Source: Clostridiaceae bacterium (GTDB taxonomy: Bacteria; Bacillota; Clostridia; Saccharofermentanales; DTU023). From it: a stretch of 64,000 nt of DNA. The position numbers and the translations under genes are program-made. Positions 63,180-64,000 of this stretch are shown here, in pieces. The notes below the pieces were generated by a model. It made no database searches, was not told where the DNA came from, and saw only the letters and a program-made list of their open reading frames with translations. The stretch's first letter is position 1. Each line of letters starts with the position of its first letter. Where the stretch lies: contig JAAZKT010000001.1 in NCBI GenBank assembly GCA_012799695.1, positions 17,658-81,657 on the forward strand. The letters are read 5' to 3'.

Positions 63180-64000
63180 ATGACGATGTTATTTTACAAT
63201 ATTGCCATCATCGACTCCGATGGGGAAACTAAGGAAAACATGAATGTCCGCACTGACGGAGCGTTCATCACTTCTATTGAACCATGCAATTGCGATCTGA
63301 CGGACGCTCAAAAGCGTGAGAATGAAGTGTACGACGGCTCGGGGAAACTGCTTATTCCAGGTTTTTTCAACAACCACTCTCATGTTCCGATGACCCTGAC
63401 ACGCGGATACGGTGAAAAATTGCCGCTCGCCGACTGGCTCTATAAGAGGATCTTCCCCTTTGAAGCGCTTCTCACGGAAGAAGATGTCTACTGGGGTTCC
63501 ATGCTCGGAATCGCAGAAATGCTCCGTAGTGGAACGGTTTCTTTTACAGATATGTATATGCGCATTCAGGGCGTCTTTCGTGCCGTTATGGAAACGGGCA
63601 TCAAGGCGAGTCTCTCCAACGGTCTCACCGGTGACGACACGACCGTCCTCGAGGAAACGGCTTGGTACAGAGAAACGGAACAGATGCGTCGCGATGCGGA
63701 AACGTCGGATGGACGCGTTATCGCCAACGCCTCGCTTCATGCTCAGTACACGAGCGTTCCCGCCCTCGTTCGAGCCATCGCGGACTATGCACGCGGGAAT
63801 GAACTCCGTATGCACGTCCATCTTTCCGAAACGGAACAAGAACATGAACAATGCAAAGAACTCCACGGTAAAACACCGACAGCGTATTTCACTGAGCTCG
63901 GACTTTTTGATGTGCCCACAACGGCCGCTCACGCGATTTTTATCGAAGGAGAAGATTACGACCTGCTGCGCGACCAAGGTGTCACGCTCTGCCATATGCC
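63180..64000 (+). CDS. Amidohydrolase, 5-methylthioadenosine/S-adenosylhomocysteine deaminase (MtaD)-like (partial; 3' end beyond the right edge)
   Basis: Not in the ORF track because no stop lies in the window. ATG at 63180 (or 63186) follows GAAGGAAGGG. The translation is MTMLFYNIAIIDSDGE...LLIPGFFNNHSHVPMTLTRGYG...LRMHVHLSETEQE, with metal-binding HxH and the HLSET motif. Confidence 0.8.
   Translation, partial: MTMLFYNIAIIDSDGETKENMNVRTDGAFITSIEPCNCDLTDAQKRENEVYDGSGKLLIPGFFNNHSHVPMTLTRGYGEKLPLADWLYKRIFPFEALLTEEDVYWGSMLGIAEMLRSGTVSFTDMYMRIQGVFRAVMETGIKASLSNGLTGDDTTVLEETAWYRETEQMRRDAETSDGRVIANASLHAQYTSVPALVRAIADYARGNELRMHVHLSETEQEHEQCKELHGKTPTAYFTELGLFDVPTTAAHAIFIEGEDYDLLRDQGVTLCHM

Noticed and set aside
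63189-63995. A 268-aa minus-strand ORF from the track.
   Set aside because: It lies exactly antisense to a plus-strand frame with clear amidohydrolase motifs (HSHVPM, HVHLSET) that runs off the window. It has low-complexity, Arg-rich composition and no RBS, so I treat it as a shadow ORF.
1-64000. rRNA, tRNA, riboswitch and T-box scan by eye of all intergenic regions longer than 60 bp.
   Set aside because: I recognised no cloverleaf-compatible sequence, rRNA segment or known riboswitch core (for example a B12 box upstream of oraSE). A covariance-model search (tRNAscan-SE, Rfam) is still needed to be sure.

Overview
This 64-kb window looks like chromosome from an amino-acid-fermenting, Clostridia-like anaerobe; the taxon cannot be assigned from sequence alone. 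I support about 56 protein genes and see no rRNA, tRNA or convincing CRISPR array. All family assignments come from motif reading and recollection, because no database search was possible. From left to right the window holds: (1) a partner-switching module (STAS protein plus a Cache/HAMP-PP2C-GHKL fusion), an Sfp-type PPTase, acyltransferases, and an alkylsulfatase with a divergent LuxR regulator. (2) A 10-kb minus-strand operon for oxidative L-ornithine degradation (arcC, an in-frame ord-ortA fusion, ortB, oraS, oraE, a GlmL-like reactivase, orr, alr), preceded by a 30-codon arginine deiminase remnant. (3) An eight-gene mannose-family PTS catabolic operon with a fused IIC-IID, a Zn-dehydrogenase, a class II aldolase and its own ptsH-ptsI. 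(4) A patchy, visibly more AT-rich accessory stretch (about 26.6-42 kb). (5) A nine-gene V-type ATPase operon, a PlsC-like acyltransferase, a heterodimeric ABC exporter, small Zn-ribbon membrane proteins, PBP1A, purine nucleoside phosphorylase and a partial amidohydrolase. The best candidate for an undescribed system sits in the accessory stretch: a BlaI/BlaR1-like repressor/sensor-protease pair whose sensor domain is not PBP-like. It is linked to a lactococcin-972-type ABC pair (FtsX/DUF1430-like permease plus ATPase). A truncated stand-alone copy of the sensor domain lies 5 kb away behind the same unusual TCTAA-N4-TTAGA operator, with an Rpn-type nuclease gene in between.
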